64,000 nucleotides of DNA, from assembly GCA_035527715.1 (NCBI GenBank), contig DATKZY010000144.1:4444-68443 (forward strand). Reading direction: 5' to 3'. The notes beneath the pieces are model-generated. The model had not been told where the DNA came from and ran no database searches. It worked only from the letters and a program-made list of their open reading frames with translations. Positions 9,893 to 18,934 of this stretch are shown here, piece after piece. Position numbers and translations under genes: made by a program. The stretch comes from Planctomycetota bacterium. Lineage in GTDB: Bacteria; Planctomycetota; PUPC01; DSUN01. Each line of letters begins with the position of its first letter. Position 1 is the first letter of the stretch.

Positions 9893-10000
9893 TTCCGTAA
9901 TCCGTAATTCGTAATCCGTAACCGGACACGAAGAAGGGGCCGCACCCCTTCTCTGCCTGGTGTTCTTGTTTCGGATTACGGATTACGCATCACGGATTCC
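9893..10000. repeat. Composite element: four tandem heptamers TCCGTAA (9894-9921), a central hairpin, and four inverted tandem heptamers (9976-9996); the arms form a long imperfect inverted repeat
   Basis: Read directly: ttccgtaatccgtaattcgtaatccgtaacc ... ttcggattacggattacgcatcacggattcc. The right arm is the reverse complement of a near-copy of the left arm. Confidence 0.6.
9930..9953 (+). terminator. Putative intrinsic terminator of hisF (8-bp GC stem, loop ccgca)
   Basis: agaagggg/ccccttct stem directly downstream of the hisF stop, followed by the T-rich tract tgttcttgttt. Confidence 0.4.
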
Positions 10001-10017
10001 AGGCACGGAGGTCCTCC

Positions 10018-12573
10018 ATGCCGACGAAGACCAACCCGAGCTGGCCCGTCCTCAAGAGCTATGGCCAGGCGCACCTGGCGCGGATTGCCCTGCCCCTCGG
10101 CGGCATCGGGACGGGGACGGTTTCGCTCGGCGGGCGCGGCGACCTGCGCGACTGGGAGATCGTCAACCGTCCCGCCAAGGGCTTCTCCCCCCGCAACACC
10201 TTCTTCGCCCTCTGGACCCAACAAGCAGGAGAACCGCGCTCTTCCTCTTCTCCTGTCACGCGTCACGCGTCACGCGTCACGCGCTGTCTTGAGGGCATCC
10301 TCCCGCCCGAGACCTACGAGGGCGCGAGGGGCGCCACGGCCCCCAACCACGGCCTGCCCCGCTTCCGCCACTGCTCGTTCCACGCCGCCTATCCGTTCGG
10401 CCAGGTGCTGCTGGCCGACCCCGACGTGCCGCTCGACGTGCGTATCGAGGCCTTCAACCCCCTTATTCCAGGCGATGCCGACCGCAGCGGCCTGCCCGTG
10501 GCCATCCTGCGCTTCGTCCTCACCAACCGCACGAAGCGAGCTGTGGACGCCGCCGTGTGCGGCAGCCTCCAGAACTTCATCGGCTCCGACGGCTCCAGCG
10601 GCAAGCCCTCAAAGAACGTCAACGCCTTCCGCAAGGGGCCACGGCTCCAGGGCATCTTCATGAGTTCCGAGGGCGTGGACCCCGCCGCCGAGCAGTGGGG
10701 CACCATCGCCTTGGCCACCACAGCCAGGACCGGCGTCACGCGCCGCACCGCCTGGGCCAAGCGCAGCTGGGGCGACTCGCTGCTCGATTTCTGGGACGAC
10801 TTTTCCGCCGACGGCACGCTCGACGACCGCGACGCCGAGGGCGCCGACGGCCCGACCGCCTCGCTCGCTGTCCGACTCCGCGTCCCGGCCCGCGGCACGC
10901 GCGCCGTCAGCTTCCTCCTCGCCTGGCACTTCCCGAATCGCATGACCTGGACTCCTGCAGAGGATGCGTGTTGCGAGGCGAACCGCGTGAGCAACTACTA
11001 CGCGACGCAGTTCACGGACGCCTGGGCCGCCGCCTCCAGGGCCGCTGTCGCGCTCCCGCGCCTCGAGGCCGACACGCTCCACTTCGTCCGGGCCTTCTGC
11101 GACAGCGACCTGCCCCCCGCCGTCAAGGAGGCCGCGCTCTTCAACCTCTCGACCCTGCGCTCCCAGACCAGCTTCCGCACCGAGGACGGCCGCTTCTTCG
11201 GCTTCGAGGGCTGCCACGACAAGAGCGGCTGCTGCCACGGCTCGTGCACCCACGTGTGGAACTACGAGCACGCCACCGCCTTCCTCTTTGGCTCCCTCGC
11301 CCGCTCGATGCGCGCGACCGAGTTCCTCCTCGCCACCGACGACACGGGCCACATGGCCTTCCGCGTCAATCTGCCCCTCTCGCGCGCCCAGGAGTTCAAG
11401 CACGCCGCCGCCGACGGCCAACTCGGCTGCCTGATGAAGGCATTCCGCGACTGGCAGCTCAGCGGCGACGACGCCTGGCTCCGCCGCCTCTGGCCCAAGA
11501 TTCGCAAGGCCATGGAGTTCTGCTGGATTCCCGGCGGCTGGGACGCCGATCGCGACGGCGTGATGGAGGGCTGCCAGCACAACACGATGGACGTCGAGTA
11601 CTACGGCCCGAACCCGCAGATGGGCGCGTGGTATCTCGGCGCGTTGCGCGCCGTCGAGGAAATGGCCCGCCACCTGGGCGAGGATGAATTCGCGACGACC
11701 TGCCGCGACCTCTTCGAGCGCGGCCACCGCTGGATGGACGAGCACCTGTTCAACGGCGAATACTACGAGCACGAGATTCGCCCGCCGAGGTCCGCCAACG
11801 CCATTGCCCCCGGCCTGCGCCTGAGCATGGGCGCGAAGGACCTCTCCGAGCCCGACCTCCAGCTCGGCGCCGGCTGCCTCGTGGACCAGCTCGTCGGCCA
11901 ATACACCGCCCACGTCCTCGGCCTCGGCTACCTCCTCGACCCCAGGCACGTCAAGGCCACCCACCGCGCCATCATGAAGCACAACTTCAGGCGGGGCCTC
12001 TACGGCCACTTCAACCATCTTCGCACCTTCGCCCTCAACGACGAGTCGGCCTTGCTCATGGCCACCTATCCCCGGGGCCGCCGCCCGAAGCGGCCGTTCC
12101 CCTACTACAACGAGGTCATGACCGGCTTCGAGTATTGCGCCGCCGTCGGCATGCTCTACGAGGGCCAGACCGCTGCCGGCCTCAAATGCATCGAGGCCAT
12201 CCGCCGCCGCTACGACGGCCTGAGGCGCAACCCCTTCGATGAAGCCGAGTGCGGCCACCACTACGCCCGAGCCATGGCCAGTTGGTCGGCGGTCCTCGCC
12301 CTCACCGGCTTCCACTACTCCGCCGTCACGAGAACGATGACATTCGCCGCGGCCAGGAAGCCCACCACCTGGTTCTGGTCCACCGGCTCTGCCTGGGGCA
12401 CCGTCCGCCAGAGGCCGAGCCGGAGGGGCACCCACGTGGAAATCGCCGTGTTACACGGCAGATTGGAGCTCGGCAAGGTTCTGTTGGAGGGCCTCGGCTC
12501 CGTCGAGAGCGGCAAGTCAATCGCCATTGCGGCGGGAGAGACTGCCAGGTTCCTCGCGGGGCGTGACGCATGA
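10018..12573 (+). CDS. GH116-family glycoside hydrolase (GBA2-type beta-glucosidase/glucosylceramidase-like)
   Basis: N-terminal ARIALPLGGIGTGTVSLGGRGDLRDWEI matches the GH116 N-domain signature. 851 aa is the right size. GGAGG 6 nt upstream of ATG. Confidence 0.75.
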   Translation: MPTKTNPSWPVLKSYGQAHLARIALPLGGIGTGTVSLGGRGDLRDWEIVNRPAKGFSPRNTFFALWTQQAGEPRSSSSPVTRHASRVTRCLEGILPPETYEGARGATAPNHGLPRFRHCSFHAAYPFGQVLLADPDVPLDVRIEAFNPLIPGDADRSGLPVAILRFVLTNRTKRAVDAAVCGSLQNFIGSDGSSGKPSKNVNAFRKGPRLQGIFMSSEGVDPAAEQWGTIALATTARTGVTRRTAWAKRSWGDSLLDFWDDFSADGTLDDRDAEGADGPTASLAVRLRVPARGTRAVSFLLAWHFPNRMTWTPAEDACCEANRVSNYYATQFTDAWAAASRAAVALPRLEADTLHFVRAFCDSDLPPAVKEAALFNLSTLRSQTSFRTEDGRFFGFEGCHDKSGCCHGSCTHVWNYEHATAFLFGSLARSMRATEFLLATDDTGHMAFRVNLPLSRAQEFKHAAADGQLGCLMKAFRDWQLSGDDAWLRRLWPKIRKAMEFCWIPGGWDADRDGVMEGCQHNTMDVEYYGPNPQMGAWYLGALRAVEEMARHLGEDEFATTCRDLFERGHRWMDEHLFNGEYYEHEIRPPRSANAIAPGLRLSMGAKDLSEPDLQLGAGCLVDQLVGQYTAHVLGLGYLLDPRHVKATHRAIMKHNFRRGLYGHFNHLRTFALNDESALLMATYPRGRRPKRPFPYYNEVMTGFEYCAAVGMLYEGQTAAGLKCIEAIRRRYDGLRRNPFDEAECGHHYARAMASWSAVLALTGFHYSAVTRTMTFAAARKPTTWFWSTGSAWGTVRQRPSRRGTHVEIAVLHGRLELGKVLLEGLGSVESGKSIAIAAGETARFLAGRDA
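10255..10282 (+). repeat. Perfect 7-bp tandem repeat (GTCACGC)x4 inside the 5' coding region of the GH116 gene
   Basis: gtcacgcgtcacgcgtcacgcgtcacgc read directly. Encodes ...VTRHASRVTR... in a Ser-rich stretch. Confidence 0.7.
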
Positions 12574-12661
12574 AGGAGACTGCTCGTCCCGTGCAGCGTT
12601 CCCGCGTGCCACGGATCACGTGACACGCATCGAGGAGCATCGAAGTCAGGAGGAGACTCTG

Positions 12662-13804
12662 GTGACAGTCTTTGTCATGATCCCTTACAGGGACACGTTC
12701 AGGGAGACCTATCGCACTGCGATTGAGCCAGTGCTGAAGGCCAATGGCCTCGAACCAGTCGTCGGGGAGAATCATGTCACGCCGGGTCCTGTGGATGAGC
12801 AGATCGTCGCCTCCATACGAGACGCCAGGTTCTGCGTGGCGGACCTCACGGGTCCCAACCCGAACGTGGTCTACGAAGTCGCGCTGGCGCACTCATTGCG
12901 CAAGCCTGTGATTCTGCTGACCCGGGACGATCTGGGCGACATTCCATTCGACGTTCGCCACCACCGGGCTCTGAAGTATGCCCCGACGGCGGAGGGACAC
13001 GCGCGGTTGGCGCAGATGTTGCACGAAGCGGTCAAGGCGATCCTTGCCTCAGAGCAATCGGTAGTCCACCTCCTGAAGAGGATGCTGGCCCCTTCCAGCA
13101 TCGAGACAAGTAGAGGGGGGTTCGTGGTAGTGGCTAGTCCACTTTCGTATCGAGCCGCGTTCCGAAGAGGGGGCGGGTGGAGGAAGAGACCTCTCACAAC
13201 TTTCTCGGACAACGTGGGGATCCGCGGGCTGATGCAGTCATTCGGTCTGATATACGGCCTGGAAAGGCTTCCCGAACTCCTGAACCCGGACGACTTCGAC
13301 GACGAGGTGCTGGAGAAGCCGGAGAACCGGGTGAACATGTACGCGATAGGGAGTCCAAAGGCCAATCGGTGGACGGGGATTCTCATGGAGGGCTTCTTCG
13401 CGAACCGCAAGCCCAAGTGGGAGTTCAAGCCCGACCCGGAGAGCCGGGAGATAATGAACCCAAGAGTGATCGTGCGGCGCGACGGTCACGAGTTCAGACC
13501 CCACGTGATTGGGGATCCCCACATCCTGAAGTGGGATTTCGGCCTGGTGATCCGGGGGCCTCATCCCATGGATGCCAGCTTCATGTTCATGGTCCTTGCC
13601 GGCAGGAGCTCGCTCGGAACGGAAGCCGCATGCCTGGCCGTCACGGACCCCGTGTGTCTGAAGAAGCTCGACGAACGGCTGCGCTTCGAGGGCATCAACG
13701 CGGACGACCACAGGGAAGCGTTCTGCACCATCGTCAGCATCAAGGCCCCGGACATGAAGACCGACAAGGACGAATTCAGGGTATGCGATGTCATACGGTA
13801 CTGA
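12662..13804 (+). CDS. Two-domain protein in a lower-GC islet: N-terminal TIR-like/nucleoside-2-deoxyribosyltransferase-like flavodoxin-fold domain plus a C-terminal domain with a possible SLOG/LOG-like GxGTxE-type motif; candidate nucleotide-signalling or defence protein
   Basis: GTG start 12662 sits 7-8 nt after CAGGAGGAG (the ATG at 12677 is 23 nt away). N-domain: TVFVMIPYRD...ADLTGPNPNVVYEVALAHSLRKPVILLTRDDLGDIPFDVRHHRALKY, matching the TIR-like/NDT-like pattern NVxFELGxAxxxGKPVIxL...PSDL. C-domain: VVVASP...YAIGSPKAN...MFMVLAGRSSLGTEAA. GC visibly lower (~57-60%) than the flanks, with rare AGT/AGA/AGG codons. Confidence 0.6.
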   Translation: MTVFVMIPYRDTFRETYRTAIEPVLKANGLEPVVGENHVTPGPVDEQIVASIRDARFCVADLTGPNPNVVYEVALAHSLRKPVILLTRDDLGDIPFDVRHHRALKYAPTAEGHARLAQMLHEAVKAILASEQSVVHLLKRMLAPSSIETSRGGFVVVASPLSYRAAFRRGGGWRKRPLTTFSDNVGIRGLMQSFGLIYGLERLPELLNPDDFDDEVLEKPENRVNMYAIGSPKANRWTGILMEGFFANRKPKWEFKPDPESREIMNPRVIVRRDGHEFRPHVIGDPHILKWDFGLVIRGPHPMDASFMFMVLAGRSSLGTEAACLAVTDPVCLKKLDERLRFEGINADDHREAFCTIVSIKAPDMKTDKDEFRVCDVIRY

Positions 13805-13969
13805 TGACCTGTGAGCGGCGGCGCGTCGCCATCGTTGCTTGCGCGGGGACACCCCGCGTCGCCCGGCGCGCCGCAGTTGACAAAGCCCCTCAGCCGTGAC
13901 AGGATATCTGGCGTGCATGCTCCGCGACTGGCCAGACAAGGGAAGGCCCTCAGACAGAAAGGGAAGACG

Positions 13970-14620
13970 ATGAGGAAGCTCGTGTGGTGCGTCGTGTGGG
14001 CGCTGTGTGCGGCGGCGATTGCGGGCGAAGAGGCGAAGCCGACCGAAGGGCTGAAGCCGCCCGAGGGCGCCGTCGTGCTCTTCGACGGCAAGGACGCATC
14101 GCAGTGGGACAAGGCCAAGGTCACGCCCGAGGGCTATCTCGAGGCCGGGGCGATCACGAAGGAGAAGTTCGCCGACTGCCAACTCCACCTGGAGTTCAAC
14201 ATCCAGCCCGACCCGACGGGGAAGAAAGTGTCGGGCAACAGCGGAGTCTACATCCAGAACCGCTACGAAATCCAGATACTGAACTCGGCGGGCGGCAATC
14301 CCTCGAAGGGCGGATGCGGGGCGATCTACCAGTTCAAGCCGGCCGACACGAATCAGGCGAAGCCGCCGGGCGAGTGGCAGACCTACGATATCACGTTCCG
14401 CGCCCCGCGTTGGGACGACCAGAAGAAGAAGGCCGAGAACGCCCGCATCAGCGTCGTGCACAACGGCGTGAGGATCCACGACAACGTGGAGGTGCCGAAC
14501 AAGACGGGCCATGGCAAGCCCGAAGGCCCCGAGCCCGGGCCGCTCTGCCTCCAGGACCACCGTAACAAGGTTTGCTTCCGCAACATCTGGCTGCTGCCGC
14601 TGAAGGCCGAGACGAAGTGA
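13970..14620 (+). CDS. DUF1080-type secreted protein (3-keto-disaccharide hydrolase-like, LamG/jelly-roll fold)
   Basis: Signal peptide MRKLVWCVVWALCAAAIAGEE. Conserved blocks VLFDGKD...W, HLEFNIQPD, NSGVYIQNRYEIQIL, ICFRNIWLLPL are typical of DUF1080/PF06439. Confidence 0.7.
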   Translation: MRKLVWCVVWALCAAAIAGEEAKPTEGLKPPEGAVVLFDGKDASQWDKAKVTPEGYLEAGAITKEKFADCQLHLEFNIQPDPTGKKVSGNSGVYIQNRYEIQILNSAGGNPSKGGCGAIYQFKPADTNQAKPPGEWQTYDITFRAPRWDDQKKKAENARISVVHNGVRIHDNVEVPNKTGHGKPEGPEPGPLCLQDHRNKVCFRNIWLLPLKAETK

Positions 14621-14778
14621 CGCCTCAGCTCAGGCACAGGCGCTCAGGCCGCGGGCTTGCATCAAGGCTGTGGGCCGGCTATCATCGGGGACGGAGCCGG
14701 GGCAAGGAGGGACCGTAGGGGGCAAGTGCCGCCTGCACGAGTCGCGTCTCACCCTCGTGGCAAAGGAGCGGTGTTCTC

Positions 14779-16086
14779 ATGAGCAACAGAGGAATGGGCC
14801 TGCACGTCCTCGCGGGACTTGCGCTGTTCGCCGCGCCGGGGTGCATGATCTGGCTTCGCCCCGAGTGGGCGGAACTGAAGAAGTCCACGCAGCCGCCGAT
14901 CCTGCGGCTGGGAGAAATCAAAGAGACCTTCACGGGAACCTGGGTGGCCGGGGGCACGCAGACGAGCCTCAGGAACCACCTGCTGAGCGCCTTTGCGCGG
15001 CCCGAGGCCGCTGCCCTGTTCTCCGGCGACCCGGACAGCCTGACGCTGAACCTCGATATTGTCTCGGACCACGAGGACGATATGCCGCGCATGTTCGTTC
15101 TGGGCTGCCTCAGCATTGGCACCCTGGGCCTGCTCCCGCTCACCTACCATTCGGAATGGAACTTGCAGTGCAGCGTGACCGTCAAAGGCCCCGACGGCAC
15201 GGTCGTGGCGAAGTACCCGGTCCAGACGACGGGCAGCTACGACATCTGGGCGCTGCCGCCCACGATGTTCACCTTGTTTGCCGGATCGTTCCGGGCGCCG
15301 GGCGACGCCGGGCGCATCTTCCGCAGGATGGTCCATCGCGTCGTCGCCGACGTCAGTAAGGCGGTGGACACCGACTATCCGCGCCTGGCCAGGTGGAAGG
15401 AGGCGCGGGCACTCGTCGCGGCGCAAGCGCCGCTGAACGCGGCCATCGGCGACACAGCGTACTGGGTGGTCTACAACATCTCGACGCCTCAGCCCTCGGG
15501 CGCGGGAGCCGCGGCCTCGGCGCGCGAGTACGCCCTCGAGCTGCACCGCACCCGCCCGCAGCCGGGGGCGGCACCGCTCCGCCGCCTCGTCGTCGGCACG
15601 CGAAGCGGGGCAGTGAAGACCGCCTGGCAATGGCGCGACCCGAAGAGCGTGGTCTTCTTCGCCCACGGCCGCCTGTGGCACCCCGAGTGGAAGACGGGCC
15701 AGCCGGGGGACAAGCTGGTCGCCGTCGGGTTCCGCGAGCGCGCGGTCACCGCCAAGGACCTCTTCGCGCCCGACGGCCTGCCTGCCCTCGCGGCGACGGA
15801 GTGGAACGACCTCGTGGTGGCCTGGAAGAACCGCGACCTGGCCACCCTCCTGCGCGAGGGACGCACCGCCGACCTGGGCGAGCATGTGGCGCAGATCGAG
15901 CAGTTGGCCCTGCGAGCCAACGAGTCGGCGGACCGCGAGAACAACAAGGCGGAGGAACTGAAGGCGGCGGGCAAGCCGGGCAGCGAACTCCACCGCGAGG
16001 CGGCGCTGGCCTACCGCGCCCGCATCGAGGTCCTCAAGCCCATCCTCGCCGCCATCAAGGCCGAGGTGGCCAATCGCCAACGATGA
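14779..16086 (+). CDS. Lipoprotein, uncharacterized family; paralog 1 of a 4-gene tandem array
   Basis: AAGGAG 10 nt upstream of ATG. Lipobox FAAPGCM. 435 aa. Shares conserved blocks with the next three genes: PPILRLGEIKE, DIVSDHEDD, YDIWALPPTMFT, DYPRLA, YWVVYNI, EYALELHR.RP, WQWRDP, RLWHPEWK, and a helical C-terminus ...ILKPILAAIKAEVANRQR. Confidence 0.8.
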   Translation: MSNRGMGLHVLAGLALFAAPGCMIWLRPEWAELKKSTQPPILRLGEIKETFTGTWVAGGTQTSLRNHLLSAFARPEAAALFSGDPDSLTLNLDIVSDHEDDMPRMFVLGCLSIGTLGLLPLTYHSEWNLQCSVTVKGPDGTVVAKYPVQTTGSYDIWALPPTMFTLFAGSFRAPGDAGRIFRRMVHRVVADVSKAVDTDYPRLARWKEARALVAAQAPLNAAIGDTAYWVVYNISTPQPSGAGAAASAREYALELHRTRPQPGAAPLRRLVVGTRSGAVKTAWQWRDPKSVVFFAHGRLWHPEWKTGQPGDKLVAVGFRERAVTAKDLFAPDGLPALAATEWNDLVVAWKNRDLATLLREGRTADLGEHVAQIEQLALRANESADRENNKAEELKAAGKPGSELHREAALAYRARIEVLKPILAAIKAEVANRQR

Positions 16087-16160
16087 GGCAGACCCTGCCC
16101 GGGCAGGCGGCGCGCCGCGGGCCGAGACCAGGTAGCTGGGAGGGGACGGAGCCTACTGCG

Positions 16161-17462
16161 ATGCGCACGAACACAACGGTTTCTCACTTGGCCTGCCTCG
16201 TCCTGATGGCCGGGGGGGCGGGATGCATGGTCCGCCTCAGCCCGAGGCGCGTCGAGTTGAAGCGCTCGGCCCGGCCTCCCATCTACCGCCTGGGCAAGAT
16301 CACCGAAGACCTCACGGGCACCTGGGCCGCCGCCGCGAAGACCAACGACTGGGGGGGCAAGAACCCCGTGGCCGCCTTGCTCCGGCAGTCCGAAGCCGCC
16401 TCGCTGTTCAGCAGCGACCCCAACAACCTGACGATGGACATTCATCTTGTGTCGAGCCACGAGGACGACGCCCCGCGCCTGGCCTTCCTGGCGCTCATGA
16501 GCATCTGTACGCTGGGCATCATGCCCCTCCACTACCGCTCGGAATGGACCTCGGACGTGACGGTGACCATTCGGACGCCGGACGGGGCAACCGTGGACGA
16601 GCATGCGCTCCGGGCCAAGGGGGCCTACGACATCTGGGCGATGCCGCTCACCATGTTCACCCTGGGCACCGCGGCCCTGCGCGGGCCGCTGGACGGGCAG
16701 GAGGTGCGCAACCGCATGACGCGGAAGGCCGCGGCCGACCTGATGGAGGCGGCCGAGCGCGACTACGACCGCCTGGCGCGCTGGCGCCAGGCCTGGGCCG
16801 TCATCGCCGACCAGCAGCCGATCAGCGTGCAGGCCGGGGCCGCCACGTACTGGGCGACCTACAACATCGCCGCAGCCACGGAGGCGGCTGGCCGCCGACG
16901 CGAGTATGTGCTGGAGATTCACCAGAGCCGGCCGCGGCGGGGCGCGGCGCCCTGGCGCAGCGTGGTGCTGGGCGACGCGAGGCTGGCCCCCGACGCGCCC
17001 TGGCGATGGCGCGACCCGCGCGACGTGGTCCTCTACGCGGACCAACGCCTCTGGCACCCCGAGTGGAAGGTCGAGGGGCTGCAGGCCCAGCTCGCCGCCG
17101 TCCAGTTCAAGGAGCGGCCCGTCACGGCGAAGGAGCTGTTCGCGCCCGACGGCCTCAGCGACCTGTCGGCGACCGACTGGAACGACCTCCTGGTCGCCTG
17201 GAAGAACAGGGAACTCGTCGCCCTCCTCCGCGAGGCGTCCACGGCGGACCTCACGGGCCACGTCAGCCAGATCGAGCAGCTCGTGCTGCGAGCCAACGAG
17301 TCGGCCGAGCGCGAGAAGGACGAGGCGCAGAAGCTCATCGCGGCAGGCAAGCCGGGCGGCGAACTCCACGCCGAGGCCGCGCGGGCCTACGCCGCCCGCA
17401 TCGAGATACTCAAGCCCATCCTCGCCGCCATCAAGGCCGAGGTGGCCAATCGCCAGCGGTGA
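16161..17462 (+). CDS. Lipoprotein, uncharacterized family; paralog 2
   Basis: ATG 16161. Lipobox MAGGAGCM. Same conserved blocks. The track ORF 15393..17462 is N-over-extended across the intergenic region. Confidence 0.8.
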   Translation: MRTNTTVSHLACLVLMAGGAGCMVRLSPRRVELKRSARPPIYRLGKITEDLTGTWAAAAKTNDWGGKNPVAALLRQSEAASLFSSDPNNLTMDIHLVSSHEDDAPRLAFLALMSICTLGIMPLHYRSEWTSDVTVTIRTPDGATVDEHALRAKGAYDIWAMPLTMFTLGTAALRGPLDGQEVRNRMTRKAAADLMEAAERDYDRLARWRQAWAVIADQQPISVQAGAATYWATYNIAAATEAAGRRREYVLEIHQSRPRRGAAPWRSVVLGDARLAPDAPWRWRDPRDVVLYADQRLWHPEWKVEGLQAQLAAVQFKERPVTAKELFAPDGLSDLSATDWNDLLVAWKNRELVALLREASTADLTGHVSQIEQLVLRANESAEREKDEAQKLIAAGKPGGELHAEAARAYAARIEILKPILAAIKAEVANRQR

Positions 17463-17537
17463 GGGGGCCTATGGCCGGGCAGGCCCCGCCGCAGGCTAAG
17501 TGGAGGAGGCGAAATTGCTCAACTGAGGAGCACGCGC

Positions 17538-18836
17538 ATGAACACGATGAGGAGAGCCCGGCACGTTCTCTGCCTCGTCGCCCTGCTGGGGCCAACGGGC
17601 TGCATGATCACCCTCGGCCCGCGGAGGGCCGAGCTGGACAGGTCGCCCAACCCGCCCGTGCTCCGGCTCGGCGAGATCAAGGAGACCCTCACAGGATCGT
17701 GGGTGACGCAGGGGGGAGCCGGCTCCCCGGTCATCACGGGCAAGCTGGCGCGGCTGTTCTCTCAGTCCGGCGCGGCCTCGCTGTTCTCCTCGGAGCCAGG
17801 GAATCTGGCCCTCAACATCGAGATCGTGGTGGACCACGAGGCGGACGACCCGAAGCTGGTCAAGCTGGCGTTCGTGAGCATCGCCACGCTTGGGCTCGTC
17901 CCGCTCAACGGGAACGCGGAATGGCACGCGCGGTGCCAGGTGCAGGTGGCTGCCGAGGACGGGGTCGCGATCGCCAAGTACCCGATCCATGTGACTGGCT
18001 CCTACAGCATCTGGGCATTCCCTCCGACCATGATCGCGTTCATGGGCGCCGCTGGCCGGGCGTGGGCAGACGCGAGGGCGATCTTCGAGCGGATGGCCAA
18101 CAACGTGGCGGCCGAGATCATGAAGGCCGTGGCGGCCGACTACCCGCGTCTCGCCGAGGCCAAGCGGGCCCGCGCGGGAGTCGCCGAGCAGCAGCCACTG
18201 AGCATCCGGGCCGGCGGCACGACGCTCTGGGTCACCTACAGCGTCGCGCAGTCGGGCGCCGCGGGCCAGGAGTATGTGCTGGAGCTCCACCGGAGTCGGC
18301 CGCCCCGCGGTGCGGCGCCGCTGCGCAAGCTGGCCGTCGGGTCGCGGGCCGGGGTCGCCGGCCCCGAGACGCCCTGGCAATGGCGTGACCCGACGAGCGT
18401 TGTGTTCCAGGCCGAGGGGCGCCTGTGGCATCTCGAATGGAAGGTCGAGGGGCCACTGCACAAGCTGGCCGCCGTCGAGGCCCGCGAGCGCAAGCTCACC
18501 GCGCGCGAGCTTCTGCGCCACGACTCGTTCCCCGATCTGCCCCCGGGGGACCAGAATAGCCTGCTGCTGGCATGGAAGACCCGCGACTTGCTCACGCTCC
18601 TGCGCGAGGCCAGCACGTCGGACCTGGAGGACCACATCGTGGGGATCGAGGAGATGGTCCTGCGAGCCAACGAGATGGCCGAGCGCGAGAAGGACGAGGC
18701 GCAGAAGCTCATCGCTGCGGGCAAGCCGGGCAGCGAAATCCACGCCGAGGCCGCGCGAGCTTACCGCGCATGCATCGAGATCCTCAAGCCCATCCTCGCC
18801 GCCATCAAGGCCGAGGTGGCCAACCGCGCGAAGTAG
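17538..18836 (+). CDS. Lipoprotein, uncharacterized family; paralog 3
   Basis: GAGGAG 7 nt upstream of ATG 17538. Lipobox LLGPTGCM. Same conserved blocks. Confidence 0.8.
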   Translation: MNTMRRARHVLCLVALLGPTGCMITLGPRRAELDRSPNPPVLRLGEIKETLTGSWVTQGGAGSPVITGKLARLFSQSGAASLFSSEPGNLALNIEIVVDHEADDPKLVKLAFVSIATLGLVPLNGNAEWHARCQVQVAAEDGVAIAKYPIHVTGSYSIWAFPPTMIAFMGAAGRAWADARAIFERMANNVAAEIMKAVAADYPRLAEAKRARAGVAEQQPLSIRAGGTTLWVTYSVAQSGAAGQEYVLELHRSRPPRGAAPLRKLAVGSRAGVAGPETPWQWRDPTSVVFQAEGRLWHLEWKVEGPLHKLAAVEARERKLTARELLRHDSFPDLPPGDQNSLLLAWKTRDLLTLLREASTSDLEDHIVGIEEMVLRANEMAEREKDEAQKLIAAGKPGSEIHAEAARAYRACIEILKPILAAIKAEVANRAK

Positions 18837-18934
18837 TTTCTGCAGGGGAAGCCCGAATCGTGGCGACGAGCGGCGGCGCTTGTCGCTCGACCGCCACAAG
18901 CCAGCCGCTTGCGGCCACACAGGAGGGCGTGAAC

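Noticed and set aside
10609-12435. 608-aa minus ORF inside the GH116 gene
   Set aside because: Antisense GC-frame artefact of Gly/Ala/Glu-rich low complexity.
12662-13804. TIR-SAVED CBASS effector interpretation
   Set aside because: No CD-NTase/cyclase, E1/E2 or other CBASS partner is adjacent. The C-domain motif fits an SLOG/LOG-like Rossmann fold better than SAVED. I kept it as a stand-alone candidate only.
13238-14560. 440-aa minus ORF spanning the islet gene and the DUF1080 gene
   Set aside because: Antisense artefact overlapping two well-supported plus-strand genes.
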